From the NCBI GenBank assembly GCA_913775095.1, contig CAJYIW010000007.1:1-32000 (forward strand): DNA of 32,000 bases, in the 5' to 3' direction. Position 1 is the stretch's first letter, and each line of letters begins with the position of its first letter. Below are positions 1-9,574 of this stretch, in pieces. Source of the DNA: an uncultured Siphonobacter sp. Its GTDB lineage: Bacteria > Bacteroidota > Bacteroidia > Cytophagales > Spirosomataceae. The notes under the pieces were generated by a model. The model ran no database searches and had not been told where the DNA came from. It saw nothing but the letters and a program-made list of their open reading frames with translations. The translations under genes and the position numbers were made by a program.

Positions 1-98
1 GTTGGTTGTTGGTTGTTGGTTGTTGGTTGTTGGTTGTTGGTTGTTGGTTGTTGGTTGTTGGTTGTTGGTTGTTGGTTGTTGGTTGTTGGTTGTTGGTT
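1..98 (+). repeat. Perfect heptanucleotide microsatellite (GTTGGTT) x14, truncated by the window edge
   Basis: Direct reading: 14 perfect units in phase from position 1, followed by GGAAAGG. Confidence 0.99.
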
Positions 99-135
99 GG
101 AAAGGCAGAACCAGTAAAGGTAGGCAAGCCGGTTG

Positions 136-545
136 GAATTGAACATATAACCCCAAAAAGGTTCATTCTGGCTAGCCCCAGGTGATATCCCGGGGTAATG
201 GGTTACATTCGCTCTACCGTGGCTGGTGTCTCACCAGCCAGTTGTAAAGGAAGTGGTTGGTGAGGACACCAACCACGGTGGATGAGGAGGGGTTCAGCAT
301 GGGTAGCCCGGGATGATAATCCGGGTTAATAATCGGGGTTGCCCTCCGCTTGTGCTAGTGTCTTATCCGCTCTACCTTGGCTGGTGTCTCACCAGCCAGC
401 TGGAAAAGGAAGTGGTTGGTGTCGTCACCAACCACGGTGGATGAGGAAGGGTTCAGCATAGATAGCCCGGGATGACAATCCGGGGTAGGGGGTAATAATT
501 GATGAACCTGGGTTTTCCCGCCATGCCTGGTGTCTTCACCAGCCG
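136..545 (+). repeat. Tandem array A of the ~160-bp multi-hairpin unit (A1 136-290, A2 291-449, A3 450-545 degenerate/truncated)
   Basis: Shared blocks with array B: TAGCCC(C)GG..., GGCTGGTGTCTCACCAGCC, GTGGTTGGTGnnnnCACCAACCAC, CGG(T/C)GG. Confidence 0.95.
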
Positions 546-803
546 TTATGATAAGGCCATGAAGCACAGTGGACGAGTAAACAAAACCTGCAAAGGAAAT
601 CTCCCGGCCATGGCTGAGTACATTCACAGAAGAGAAATCCGTAGACATTACTGATAAATAGAAAAACGACCTTAGAAGCTATTACCTTTACAAAGTCTTT
701 AACGGCAAGAACAAATTACCCCATTTTTGGAGTTGAGCTTGGGTAAGCCTTCGTGAATCTTACGAATCACTGAAACAGGCCGTAGCAAACGCTAAACTCA
801 TCC

Positions 804-811
804 TATCTTTG
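804..811 (+). promoter_or_regulatory. Candidate Bacteroidota -7 promoter element for metH
   Basis: TATCTTTG matches TAnnTTTG, 73 nt upstream of the ATG. No clear -33 TTG. Confidence 0.35.
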
Positions 812-883
812 CATGTTTTTTCATTCTATACTTTCAATTTCTGGACACAACGCCGACTCCAATCCGGCATCGTTTCGTGACTT

Positions 884-3800
884 ATGACGACGACTACGAT
901 TCAAAAACCCGACATCCGTACTCTTCTTAAACATCGTATTCTAATCCTTGATGGAGCCATGGGTACGATGATTCAGCGGTATAAGCTGGAAGAAGAAGAC
1001 TATCGGGGCTATCGCTTTGCCGACTGGCCCCATCCGCTCAAGGGTAACAACGATTTACTCGTGTTAACCCGTCCCGATATCATCAAAACCATTCACGGTG
1101 AATACTACGAAGCCGGGGCTGATATTGTAGAAACGAACTCTTTCTCAGGTACGTGGATTGCCATGGCCGATTACGGCATGGAGGAGTTAGTGTACGAACT
1201 GAATTATGAATCGGCCCGCATTGCCCGTGAGGTGGCGGATGAATATACGGCTCGTAATCCCCAAAAACCGCGTTACGTAGCCGGTTCCATGGGCCCTACT
1301 AACCGGACAGCCAGCCTTTCGCCGGACGTGAATAACCCCGGCTACCGGGCCATCACGTTCGATCAGCTCGTTGGTGCGTATTACGAACAGACGAAGGCTC
1401 TGGTAGAAGGCGGCAGCGATATTCTGTTGGTCGAAACCATTTTCGATACCCTGAATGCCAAAGCAGCTCTTTTCGCGATTGATACCTATTATCAGGATGT
1501 AACCAGCGGCAAACTTCCCTGGCCGGAGCATATTCCCCAGGCGGAGAAGCTTGAAGTGCCCATCATGGTCTCGGGAACGATTACCGATGCGTCGGGCCGG
1601 ACGCTTTCGGGCCAGACGACTGAGGCATTCCTGACCTCGGTTTCGCATTTGCCCTTACTTTCCGTTGGGTTAAACTGTGCCCTGGGAGCTGATTTGATGC
1701 GTCCTTATGTGCAGACCCTGGCGGATAAATCGCCCTTCTTTACCTCGGCTCACCCCAACGCAGGTCTGCCGAATGAAATGGGTGAATACGACGAAACGCC
1801 CGAACAAATGGGCGAAACCATCAACGGATTCCTGCAAGATGGGTTGATTAACATCATTGGGGGCTGTTGTGGAACAACGCCGGGTCATATTCGTCGCATC
1901 GCTGAAATTGCGGAAAAACATCAGCCCCGAACGCTTCCTGAAGAGGAGCCCGTGCTGAAACTTTCCGGACTGGAACCCATCGAAGTCACCAAAGAGAAAG
2001 TCCTGTTCCTGAACATTGGTGAACGCTGTAACGTAACGGGATCGAAGAAATTTGCCCGGCTGATTCGGGAAAATAAATACGATGAAGCCCTGGTCGTAGC
2101 CCGGGAGCAGGTGGAGAGCGGAGCTCAGGTCATTGATGTAAATATGGATGAAGGGATGATTGACGGTGCCGCCGCCATGACGACCTTCATGAACCTGATT
2201 GCCTCGGAGCCTGACATTTCGAAAGTCCCTATTATGATTGACTCTTCCAAGTGGGAGGTCATCGAAGCGGGCCTGAAGTGCGTGCAGGGCAAGGCCATTG
2301 TGAACTCGATTTCGCTGAAAGAAGGCGAAGAGAAATTCAGGGAATACGCCCGAACGGTTAAACGATACGGAGCTGCTGCCGTGGTGATGGCTTTTGACGA
2401 AAACGGTCAGGCTGATAACTACGAACGCCGGATTCAGATTTGTGAACGAGCGTACCGGATTCTGGTGGATGAAGTGGGTTTTGCTCCGCAGGATATCATT
2501 TTTGATCCCAACATTCTGACCGTTGCGACGGGTATTGACGAACACAATAATTACGCCGTAGACTTTATTAACGCCACTCGCTGGATCAAGGAAAACCTCC
2601 CCCACGCGAAAGTTTCGGGCGGAGTGTCCAACGTGTCGTTCAGTTTCCGGGGTAACGAACCCGTTCGGGAAGCCATTCACTCGGTCTTTCTCTATTATGC
2701 CATCAAAGCGGGGATGGACATGGGAATCGTGAACGCCGGTCAGCTGACGATTTACGATGAAATTCCCAAAGACTTTCTGGAACTGGTAGAAGACGTATTA
2801 CTGAACCGTCGTCCCGATTCTACCGAACGCCTGGTCGCATTTGCCGAAACGGTAAAATCGAAAGGCAAAACCGATACCGGCCCGGATTATTCCTGGCGGC
2901 AGTTACCCGTCAAAGAACGCCTATCGCACGCCCTGGTAAAAGGTATTGCGGACTTCATCGATGAAGACGTAGAAGAATGCCGTCAGGGTTTTGAGCGTCC
3001 CATTGAAGTCATTGAAGGCCCCCTGATGGACGGTATGAACATCGTCGGCGACTTGTTCGGCGAAGGTAAAATGTTCCTGCCTCAGGTAGTAAAATCGGCC
3101 CGGGTTATGAAGAAAGCCGTAGCTTACCTGCAACCTTTTATTGAAGCCAGTAAGGAAGCGGGTTCAACAGCCGGGCGTATTTTGCTGGCCACCGTGAAAG
3201 GAGACGTGCACGACATCGGTAAGAACATCGTGGGCGTAGTGCTGGGTTGTAATAACTATGAAATCGTCGATTTAGGCGTGATGGTCCCCACGGATAAAAT
3301 CCTTGAAGCGGCTAAAACGCATAACGTGGATATCATCGGATTATCCGGCCTGATTACTCCCAGTCTGGATGAAATGGTAGGCGTGGCGAAGGAAATGGAG
3401 CGTCAGGGCATGACCATGCCTCTGCTCATTGGAGGTGCAACCACGTCCCGGATTCACACGGCGGTGAAAATTGACCCTCAGTATTCCGGTCCGGTTATTC
3501 ACGTGCTGGATGCCTCGCGTTCGGTTCCGGTGGCCGGTCGGTTAACACAGAACAAGCAAACCTTAACGGAAATACATAGCGAAATCAAGCAACAGTACGC
3601 CAAGCTTCGGGAAGATCACGCCAAGCGTAAATCGGACAAAAACTTTGTGACGATTGAGGCCGCTCGACTGAATAAGGTAAAAATCGACTGGGGTAATTTC
3701 AAGGCCTATAAACCCAGCTTCCTGGGAACCAGGGTGTTTGAGGATTACTCGCTGGCGGAAATTGCGAAATACATCGACTGGACCCCCTTCTTCCAGACCT

Positions 3801-4720
3801 GGCAGCTACACGGCAAATACCCGGCCATTTTTGAAGATAAAGTGGTAGGGAGTGAAGCAAAGAAACTGTACGAAGATGCGAATAATCTCCTGTTAGAGAT
3901 TATCCACGATCAGTCGCTGAAGGCCAAAGCAGTCATTGGGTTCTGGCCCGCGAATAGTCACGAAGACGACATTATTCTGCATCCTTTCGAGGAAGTAACG
4001 AAGGAAGTAGCCTGTGAACGTCACGGTTCTCATACGCACATTGAATACAAAATCAGTCGGGCTTCTCAGGAGGGTAAGATCGACGAAACCGAAGTAATCG
4101 CTACGCCCGCGTTAGCCACCTTACATCAGTTACGTCAGCAGAGCCTGAAAGCAGCGAACCTTCCCAATTACTCGCTGGCCGACTTTATTGCTCCGGTGGA
4201 AAGTGCTCACACGGATTACATCGGTGGTTTTGCGGTAACGGCTGGTATCGGTATTGAAGCCCTGATTGAAAAATACGAAAAGGATCATGATGATTATGGA
4301 AGCATCATGGTAAAGGCCATTGCCGACCGTCTGGCAGAAGCCTTCGCGGAGCTAATGCACGCCCGCGTTCGGAAAGAGTTCTGGGGATATGCCTCCGATG
4401 AAAAGCTGGATAACGAGTCCCTGATTGATGAAAAATACCAAGGTATTCGCCCCGCACCAGGGTATCCGGCCTGCCCCGAACATACCGAAAAACGGACCAT
4501 GTTCGATCTGTTGGGAGCCGAAGAACTGGGCATTACCCTGACGGAAAGCTTTGCAATGTATCCGGCCAGTTCCGTAAGTGGCTGGTATTTCAGTCACCCT
4601 GACAGCCGTTACTTTACGATTGGCAAGATTCAGAAAGATCAGGTGGAAGATTACGCCAGACGCAAAGGCATGACGCTCGAGGAAGCCGAAAAATGGCTGG
4701 CTCCAACGCTGGCTTACTGA
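884..4720 (+). CDS. metH: Cobalamin-dependent methionine synthase, full-length four-module MetH
   Basis: 1278-aa ORF collinear with E. coli MetH. Hcy-binding module with the GGCCGTTP Zn-ligand motif, pterin-binding barrel, B12 domain with DxHxxG ([11 protein letters not shown]), and AdoMet reactivation domain ([24 protein letters not shown]). Confidence 0.97.
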   Translation: MTTTTIQKPDIRTLLKHRILILDGAMGTMIQRYKLEEEDYRGYRFADWPHPLKGNNDLLVLTRPDIIKTIHGEYYEAGADIVETNSFSGTWIAMADYGMEELVYELNYESARIAREVADEYTARNPQKPRYVAGSMGPTNRTASLSPDVNNPGYRAITFDQLVGAYYEQTKALVEGGSDILLVETIFDTLNAKAALFAIDTYYQDVTSGKLPWPEHIPQAEKLEVPIMVSGTITDASGRTLSGQTTEAFLTSVSHLPLLSVGLNCALGADLMRPYVQTLADKSPFFTSAHPNAGLPNEMGEYDETPEQMGETINGFLQDGLINIIGGCCGTTPGHIRRIAEIAEKHQPRTLPEEEPVLKLSGLEPIEVTKEKVLFLNIGERCNVTGSKKFARLIRENKYDEALVVAREQVESGAQVIDVNMDEGMIDGAAAMTTFMNLIASEPDISKVPIMIDSSKWEVIEAGLKCVQGKAIVNSISLKEGEEKFREYARTVKRYGAAAVVMAFDENGQADNYERRIQICERAYRILVDEVGFAPQDIIFDPNILTVATGIDEHNNYAVDFINATRWIKENLPHAKVSGGVSNVSFSFRGNEPVREAIHSVFLYYAIKAGMDMGIVNAGQLTIYDEIPKDFLELVEDVLLNRRPDSTERLVAFAETVKSKGKTDTGPDYSWRQLPVKERLSHALVKGIADFIDEDVEECRQGFERPIEVIEGPLMDGMNIVGDLFGEGKMFLPQVVKSARVMKKAVAYLQPFIEASKEAGSTAGRILLATVKGDVHDIGKNIVGVVLGCNNYEIVDLGVMVPTDKILEAAKTHNVDIIGLSGLITPSLDEMVGVAKEMERQGMTMPLLIGGATTSRIHTAVKIDPQYSGPVIHVLDASRSVPVAGRLTQNKQTLTEIHSEIKQQYAKLREDHAKRKSDKNFVTIEAARLNKVKIDWGNFKAYKPSFLGTRVFEDYSLAEIAKYIDWTPFFQTWQLHGKYPAIFEDKVVGSEAKKLYEDANNLLLEIIHDQSLKAKAVIGFWPANSHEDDIILHPFEEVTKEVACERHGSHTHIEYKISRASQEGKIDETEVIATPALATLHQLRQQSLKAANLPNYSLADFIAPVESAHTDYIGGFAVTAGIGIEALIEKYEKDHDDYGSIMVKAIADRLAEAFAELMHARVRKEFWGYASDEKLDNESLIDEKYQGIRPAPGYPACPEHTEKRTMFDLLGAEELGITLTESFAMYPASSVSGWYFSHPDSRYFTIGKIQKDQVEDYARRKGMTLEEAEKWLAPTLAY

Positions 4721-4744
4721 GCATTTTGCCGAATTAGTTAACGT

Positions 4745-4791
4745 AAAAACGCTTTCAATTCTCTTCTGAGTTGAAAGCGTTTTTCATTTTT
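4745..4791 (+). terminator. Rho-independent terminator after metH
   Basis: AAAAACGCTTTCAA (4745-4758) pairs with TTGAAAGCGTTTTT (4771-4784), followed by a T-rich tail. Confidence 0.85.
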
Positions 4792-4879
4792 GATGGGTCT
4801 TCGTAAGCGGCATCATAAAATTCAAAAAAAAGTATAAACTTTGTGGAAGTTTAACCTGACCTGAAATCCATAAAGGACT

Positions 4880-6316
4880 ATGCTTTTCAATAGCTATAGT
4901 TTTGTAATACTGGTATTCATTACCTTTATTCTGTATTACCTGCCTACCCGCCGGGTGCAAAATACATCCTGGCAAATTATTGTATTAATACTGGCCAGTC
5001 TGTTTTTTTACGGCTATCATCAGCCTGAGTTACTGGTTTTGCTGCTGGCTTCAGTGGCGGTTAATATTGCGGCCAGTTACCTCATTATTCATGGAAAGCA
5101 CGGATTCGAAAAGCTGGCTGCCTTTGGGGGAGTGACGCTGAACCTGAGTATCTTATTGTTTTTTAAATACAGTCCCTTAGTTGCCCGAACTTTTCTTTTG
5201 CCTGATCTGGATGCCGGTTCTTTTTTAATGAATTTGCCCTTACCTATCGGGATTTCTTTCTTTACCTTTCAGGGGATAAGCCTGATTGTCGATACGTACA
5301 GAAACCTGAATAACGAAGCCTACCGTGAACTTATTCCGGCTTCGCTAGCCGAGCATAGCAAACGGGTGTTGTTCTTTAAAGCTTTTTTTCCACAGCTTGT
5401 TTCCGGACCTATTGTCAAGGCCTATTACTTTCTTCCGCAAATCACTTACAAAGCTTTCAGAGCGATTAACTGGTCGTATTGTTTCAGAAATTTAACGCTG
5501 GGTTATTTTTTTAAAATGGTAATCGCGGATAACCTAAAAGACGTTACCTCTACCATTACATTTCCCTATTTTGAAGCCGAATCAACGCTTACGTTACTGG
5601 TCGTTCTGTTTGGGTATTCGATGCAGATATTTGCCGATTTTGCCGGGTATTCGCTGATTGCTTTAGGGTTCGCCGCCTTATTCGGATACCAGTTTCCCAT
5701 TAACTTCAATTTTCCTTACATCAGTACTTCGTTTTCGGAATTCTGGCGGCGTTGGCACATTTCTCTGTCGAGTTTTTTAAGAGAATACCTGTATATCCCC
5801 CTGGGAGGCAACCGGAAGGGAGCGTTTCGTACCAACGCTAACCTCCTGTTAACCATGGTGCTGGGAGGTCTCTGGCACGGAGCAGCCTGGAGTTATGCCA
5901 TTTGGGGACTTGTGCACGGACTGGCTCTGGTCCTGGAAAGAATGGCGGGATGGAATACGCATACCCGCTCGCACTGGCTCGTACAATGCCTGAAAGGAGT
6001 CTTTGTTTTTACCTTCGTTACCTTTGCCTGGCTGCTCTTTAAGCTACCTGATTTTGGTCACGTACTTGCCTTCGGTAAAGCGTTACTTCACAACTACAAT
6101 CGCCCCCTGAATACGCTTCCCGTTACGCTTACTGTATTGTTTTCTATTCCTGTCCTTGCGTATCACGCCTGGTATCTGGCAGGCTCGGTCATTCCTTCGC
6201 ACGAAGTTCTGAAGATTCGGTTATTGAAAACAGAGCCTTATGTATTGGGAATTATGCTGTTTATGATTGTTACTAATAGTGGTTCCAGTACTGACTTTAT
6301 TTATTTCCAATTCTAA
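4880..6316 (+). CDS. MBOAT-family membrane O-acyltransferase (AlgI/DltB/PatA-like)
   Basis: 478-aa polytopic ORF with the MBOAT signature around the conserved His (FWRRWHISLSSFLREYLYIPLGGNRKG, GGLWHGAAW). Confidence 0.9.
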   Translation: MLFNSYSFVILVFITFILYYLPTRRVQNTSWQIIVLILASLFFYGYHQPELLVLLLASVAVNIAASYLIIHGKHGFEKLAAFGGVTLNLSILLFFKYSPLVARTFLLPDLDAGSFLMNLPLPIGISFFTFQGISLIVDTYRNLNNEAYRELIPASLAEHSKRVLFFKAFFPQLVSGPIVKAYYFLPQITYKAFRAINWSYCFRNLTLGYFFKMVIADNLKDVTSTITFPYFEAESTLTLLVVLFGYSMQIFADFAGYSLIALGFAALFGYQFPINFNFPYISTSFSEFWRRWHISLSSFLREYLYIPLGGNRKGAFRTNANLLLTMVLGGLWHGAAWSYAIWGLVHGLALVLERMAGWNTHTRSHWLVQCLKGVFVFTFVTFAWLLFKLPDFGHVLAFGKALLHNYNRPLNTLPVTLTVLFSIPVLAYHAWYLAGSVIPSHEVLKIRLLKTEPYVLGIMLFMIVTNSGSSTDFIYFQF

Positions 6317-6320
6317 GCGG

Positions 6321-7187
6321 ATGATCAGAAAATCTTTACTCACGGCTTTTATCCTGCTCGTTTTATATTGGGCTTTTATACTTATTAATGCTGATCGTAT
6401 TACCCGTACGGGACAGAATCAGTACGCTCGTAATCTGGTAAGTGCTGAAGAATATTTATACGAAAATGGTCAGAAAGCCCATACGTTAATTTTGGGCTCG
6501 TCCATGAGTAGCCGTCTCGTTATGGATTCCTTACCTAAAGGATTTTATAACCTGAGTATGTCGGGTTTAAGCGTGCATGACGGCTTGCAATTGCTGGAAA
6601 AGGCAAAGCAGAAACCCCGGGTGGTAATGATTGAAATGAATATAGTGCTAAGGGAGGCAAACCAGAGTTTTGATGAAGACGTTTTACATCCCATTTTATA
6701 TCATGTTCGTGAGTACATCCCACTGATTCGGAAAAAGTATCAGCCGCTGGGGGTTTTGAAAGCTCTGTATCGGGATCGGATGTCGGTTAGTCAGGATTAT
6801 ACCTTATTTACGCTGCCTAAAGAAGTGTATGAAAGTGAAGTTAAACGTTTAATCAACGAATTTTCCTCAGCAGAACAGATTCCTAAAATTAAACCGAGAT
6901 TTCTGGCTTTAAAACAGGCGGTACAACGCTTACGGGCCTCGGGTGTGCAGGTGATATTTTTCGAAATGCCCTTTCACCAGGCCGCAACGCAGTTGAAAAT
7001 TCCCCGTCTGATTCGGTCCAATTTCTCCCTTTTGTTTCCTTCCCGGGAATATACCTACGTCAATAGGCCATCGGAGGTCTATCAGACTACGGATGGGGTT
7101 CATCTGGCAGGAGTAGAAGCCCGGCGGTATACCTGTTATCTGAGAAACGAGTTGAGGAAGAAAAAGCCTGAACTTTGCATGGAGTGA
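6321..7187 (+). CDS. Membrane-anchored SGNH/DltD-like protein, probable acyl-transfer partner of the MBOAT
   Basis: ATG at 6321 lies 5 nt after the MBOAT stop; the track start at 6267 overlaps the MBOAT gene. N-terminal TM helix (LLTAFILLVLYWAFILI). SGNH block I-like LILGSSMSS and block V-like TTDGVHL (DxxH) near the C-terminus. Confidence 0.6.
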   Translation: MIRKSLLTAFILLVLYWAFILINADRITRTGQNQYARNLVSAEEYLYENGQKAHTLILGSSMSSRLVMDSLPKGFYNLSMSGLSVHDGLQLLEKAKQKPRVVMIEMNIVLREANQSFDEDVLHPILYHVREYIPLIRKKYQPLGVLKALYRDRMSVSQDYTLFTLPKEVYESEVKRLINEFSSAEQIPKIKPRFLALKQAVQRLRASGVQVIFFEMPFHQAATQLKIPRLIRSNFSLLFPSREYTYVNRPSEVYQTTDGVHLAGVEARRYTCYLRNELRKKKPELCME

Positions 7188-7190
7188 AAA

Positions 7191-8546
7191 TCAGGATTTT
7201 TTGATCAATACGGTAATGGCCTTCTCCGGTTTCCGAAGGCGAATGGCGAGCCAGCTTTGTACGTTGGGGATTAATCGGCCATCGGGCTTTGCCATCAATA
7301 AGACGCATACGGTCTGCTCTTCGTTATTGGTTGTGACGTGCGTACCGATGGAAACGGTTGTGATTTCCGGGTATAAAGCCTTTAGTTCCTGAGCAATTTG
7401 AGGGATCTGCGTCTCCGGCTGGGCATTTTTTCGCAGGGAGTCCATTTCCATTCGCTGCGTTAGCAGCAGCTTTTCCGTTTCCGTCAGTACACTTCGCGAA
7501 GTTTCCGCCAGAATGGTATCATCAAAGCCATAGCGGAAGGTTAACTCGGTGTTGAACAACTGATACCGGGGCAACTGACGTTTGAGGGAGTCCAACTCCT
7601 GACGGCTAATCCGCTGACCAACGATCAGCAACTCCACTTTTCTGCCTCCAGCCGTGGGCAATACCGACTGCTGAATAACGTAATGGTTGTGACTCCTGAT
7701 TTTTTCATCAATGAAAATTTTCAGGTTTCTTCGGTAAATGGAATCCACCACGAGCTGATAAGCCAGGTAAATGCTGGGAAGAAGCGTCAGAACCATCAGC
7801 CAGGTCATCGTCCGGCGGACCCAGGCCTGCGTTTCTTTTTCAACGTATTGATAGGGCTGAAAGTTGAGATAACGAACAACCAGGTAAGTGGAAAAGGCAA
7901 TGCAGATGCCATTAATTGCAAATAAATAAAAGGCTCCGGCTACAAACGACCAGTTTTGGTTGGCAATGCCATAACCCGCGGTGCAAAGCGGCAGCATCAT
8001 TCCGGTAGCAATGGCTACGCCGGTAACGATGGTCCCCTTGCGGGCTCGGGACGCTCCCACAATTCCGGCAACGCCGCCAATCAGGGCCACCAGTACATCC
8101 CAGACGCTGGGGTTGGTATAGACAATCATTTCTGATTGTGCCTCTTTCAGGGGGCTTAACCAGAAATAAAGCGTGGAACTGCAAAGACTAAACAGGACAA
8201 AAACCAGCAGATTGCGAAGGGCAGTTTTGAAGAAAGCAAAATCATAGGTGGCCAGACTTAAGCCAATGCCGTAAATAGGTCCCATGAGCGGGGAGATCAG
8301 CATCGCTCCAATGATGACTGCAATGGAGTTGATATTTAAGCCAATGGACGCAATGAAAACGGCAGCTACCAGTACCCAGAGATTCGTTCCCCAGAGAACA
8401 GCTCCTTTTTTAATGGATTGTACGATTTCCTGTTCGTGGTCCTTATCTTCTTCGAGACTTATTAAACGGCCGAGTACTGAGCGAAATTTACTTACTTGCA
8501 TAGGCTCTTCATCCAGATCAGGTTGGTAAGCAGGAGACACATTCAA
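7191..8546 (-). CDS. DUF389-family integral membrane protein
   Basis: 451-aa ORF with multiple TM helices and the motif GAMLISPLMGPIYG, which I recall as typical of DUF389/TIGR00341. About 190 aa of soluble C-terminal extension. An alternative start is the Met at 8501. Confidence 0.6.
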   Translation of the reverse strand: MNVSPAYQPDLDEEPMQVSKFRSVLGRLISLEEDKDHEQEIVQSIKKGAVLWGTNLWVLVAAVFIASIGLNINSIAVIIGAMLISPLMGPIYGIGLSLATYDFAFFKTALRNLLVFVLFSLCSSTLYFWLSPLKEAQSEMIVYTNPSVWDVLVALIGGVAGIVGASRARKGTIVTGVAIATGMMLPLCTAGYGIANQNWSFVAGAFYLFAINGICIAFSTYLVVRYLNFQPYQYVEKETQAWVRRTMTWLMVLTLLPSIYLAYQLVVDSIYRRNLKIFIDEKIRSHNHYVIQQSVLPTAGGRKVELLIVGQRISRQELDSLKRQLPRYQLFNTELTFRYGFDDTILAETSRSVLTETEKLLLTQRMEMDSLRKNAQPETQIPQIAQELKALYPEITTVSIGTHVTTNNEEQTVCVLLMAKPDGRLIPNVQSWLAIRLRKPEKAITVLIKKS

Positions 8547-8580
8547 GAGCGAAATAAGAAGGAAACGCAGGAAAAACGAT

Positions 8581-9477
8581 ATGATACGTTATTTTTTAGT
8601 CGCTGGTTTACTGTTTTTCAGCCTGTTCCGTACAACTTCGGCACAGCAGAAAATTGTAGTTTTTCAATCGGATTTCGGGTTGAAAGACGGAGCCGTTTCT
8701 GCCATGAAAGGAGTAGCTATAGGCGTTTCTACGGAGCTGAAATTATTCGATTTGACGCACGAAATTCCCGCCTATCACATTTGGGAAGCCGCGTATCGGC
8801 TGGAGCAAACGGTACCGTACTGGCCCCGGGGAACGGTGTTCGTGTCCGTGGTAGATCCGGGCGTGGGAACTGAACGGAAGTCGGTAGTACTGAAAACCAA
8901 CGCCGGGCATTACATCGTAACGCCGGACAACGGAACCCTGACATTACTGGCTGAATCGGAAGGCATTGAGGAAATTCGAGAGATCAACGAAGCCATCAAT
9001 CGCCGGAAGGATTCGGGGAAGTCGTACACTTTCCACGGTCGTGATGTATACGCCTATACCGCCGCCCGACTAGCGGCCGGAACCATCACTTTCGAAGAAG
9101 TGGGAGGGGTGTTACCCCGGCAGGTCGTAACGATTCCTTACCAGAAAGCCCGTAAACAGAGTTCGGTGCTGGAAGGTACTATTTCCATTCTGGATGTTCA
9201 GTACGGAAACGTCTGGACCAACATTCCGTCCGGATTATTTGAGGAATTACATGCGAAAAGAGGGCAGCTCTTAACGGTTCGCATTTATCAGAATCAGCAA
9301 AAGAAATACGAAGGAAAAGTGCCTTACGTTCAGACGTTTGGAGATGTAGCGGAAGGAACTCCTCTGTTGTATTTAAATAGCCTGTTGCAGGTTTCGCTCG
9401 CCTTGAACCAGGGTAACTTCGCCGAAAAATTTAAGATTGAAAGCGGAAACGAATGGAAGATTGAAATCAGTAGATAG
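8581..9477 (+). CDS. SAM hydroxide adenosyltransferase family protein (DUF62, fluorinase/chlorinase superfamily) with N-terminal signal peptide
   Basis: DUF62 hallmarks: FQSDFGLKDGAVSAMKGV, VVDPGVGTERK, TPDNGTLT, FHGRDVYAY (Asp/Arg/His catalytic residues present). Preceded by MIRYFLVAGLLFFSLFRTTSAQQ. Confidence 0.85.
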   Translation: MIRYFLVAGLLFFSLFRTTSAQQKIVVFQSDFGLKDGAVSAMKGVAIGVSTELKLFDLTHEIPAYHIWEAAYRLEQTVPYWPRGTVFVSVVDPGVGTERKSVVLKTNAGHYIVTPDNGTLTLLAESEGIEEIREINEAINRRKDSGKSYTFHGRDVYAYTAARLAAGTITFEEVGGVLPRQVVTIPYQKARKQSSVLEGTISILDVQYGNVWTNIPSGLFEELHAKRGQLLTVRIYQNQQKKYEGKVPYVQTFGDVAEGTPLLYLNSLLQVSLALNQGNFAEKFKIESGNEWKIEISR

Positions 9478-9516
9478 TTTGAATGTTTGAATGTTTGAAT
9501 GTTTGAATGTTTGAAT
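9477..9516 (+). repeat. Octanucleotide microsatellite (GTTTGAAT) x5 starting at the last base of the stop codon of the DUF62 gene
   Basis: Direct reading. An inverted TTTCAAAC lies at 9553-9560, so the region can fold between the convergent genes. Confidence 0.97.
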
Positions 9517-9574
9517 ATTGTTGCTTTCAATGCTATTATTTTTCTCAATCAGTTTCAAACACCCACTTGCCTCA

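Noticed and set aside
355-648. 97-aa minus-strand ORF across repeat units A2-A3
   Set aside because: It lies entirely in the hairpin repeat array. The homologous array B has no equivalent long ORF on that strand. The composition is low-complexity, so it is most likely an artefact of repeat sequence.
546-883. Cobalamin, SAM or SAH riboswitch upstream of metH
   Set aside because: I could not find a B12 box (GCCACTG context), SAM-I core motifs or an SAH-like pseudoknot on the plus strand. The only CCACTG-like string (about 568-576) is on the wrong strand. A cmsearch would be needed for certainty.
1670-2680. 336-aa antisense ORF inside metH, plus other antisense ORFs at 1187-1648, 2921-3133 and 4294-4597
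   Set aside because: They lie opposite a strongly conserved, full-length metH reading frame. The translated sequence has no recognisable motifs and has the skewed composition typical of shadow ORFs.
6267-6320. Longer start (6267) for the SGNH-like gene, as in the ORF track
   Set aside because: It would overlap the MBOAT C-terminus by 50 nt. The ATG at 6321 follows the MBOAT stop directly and precedes the TM helix.
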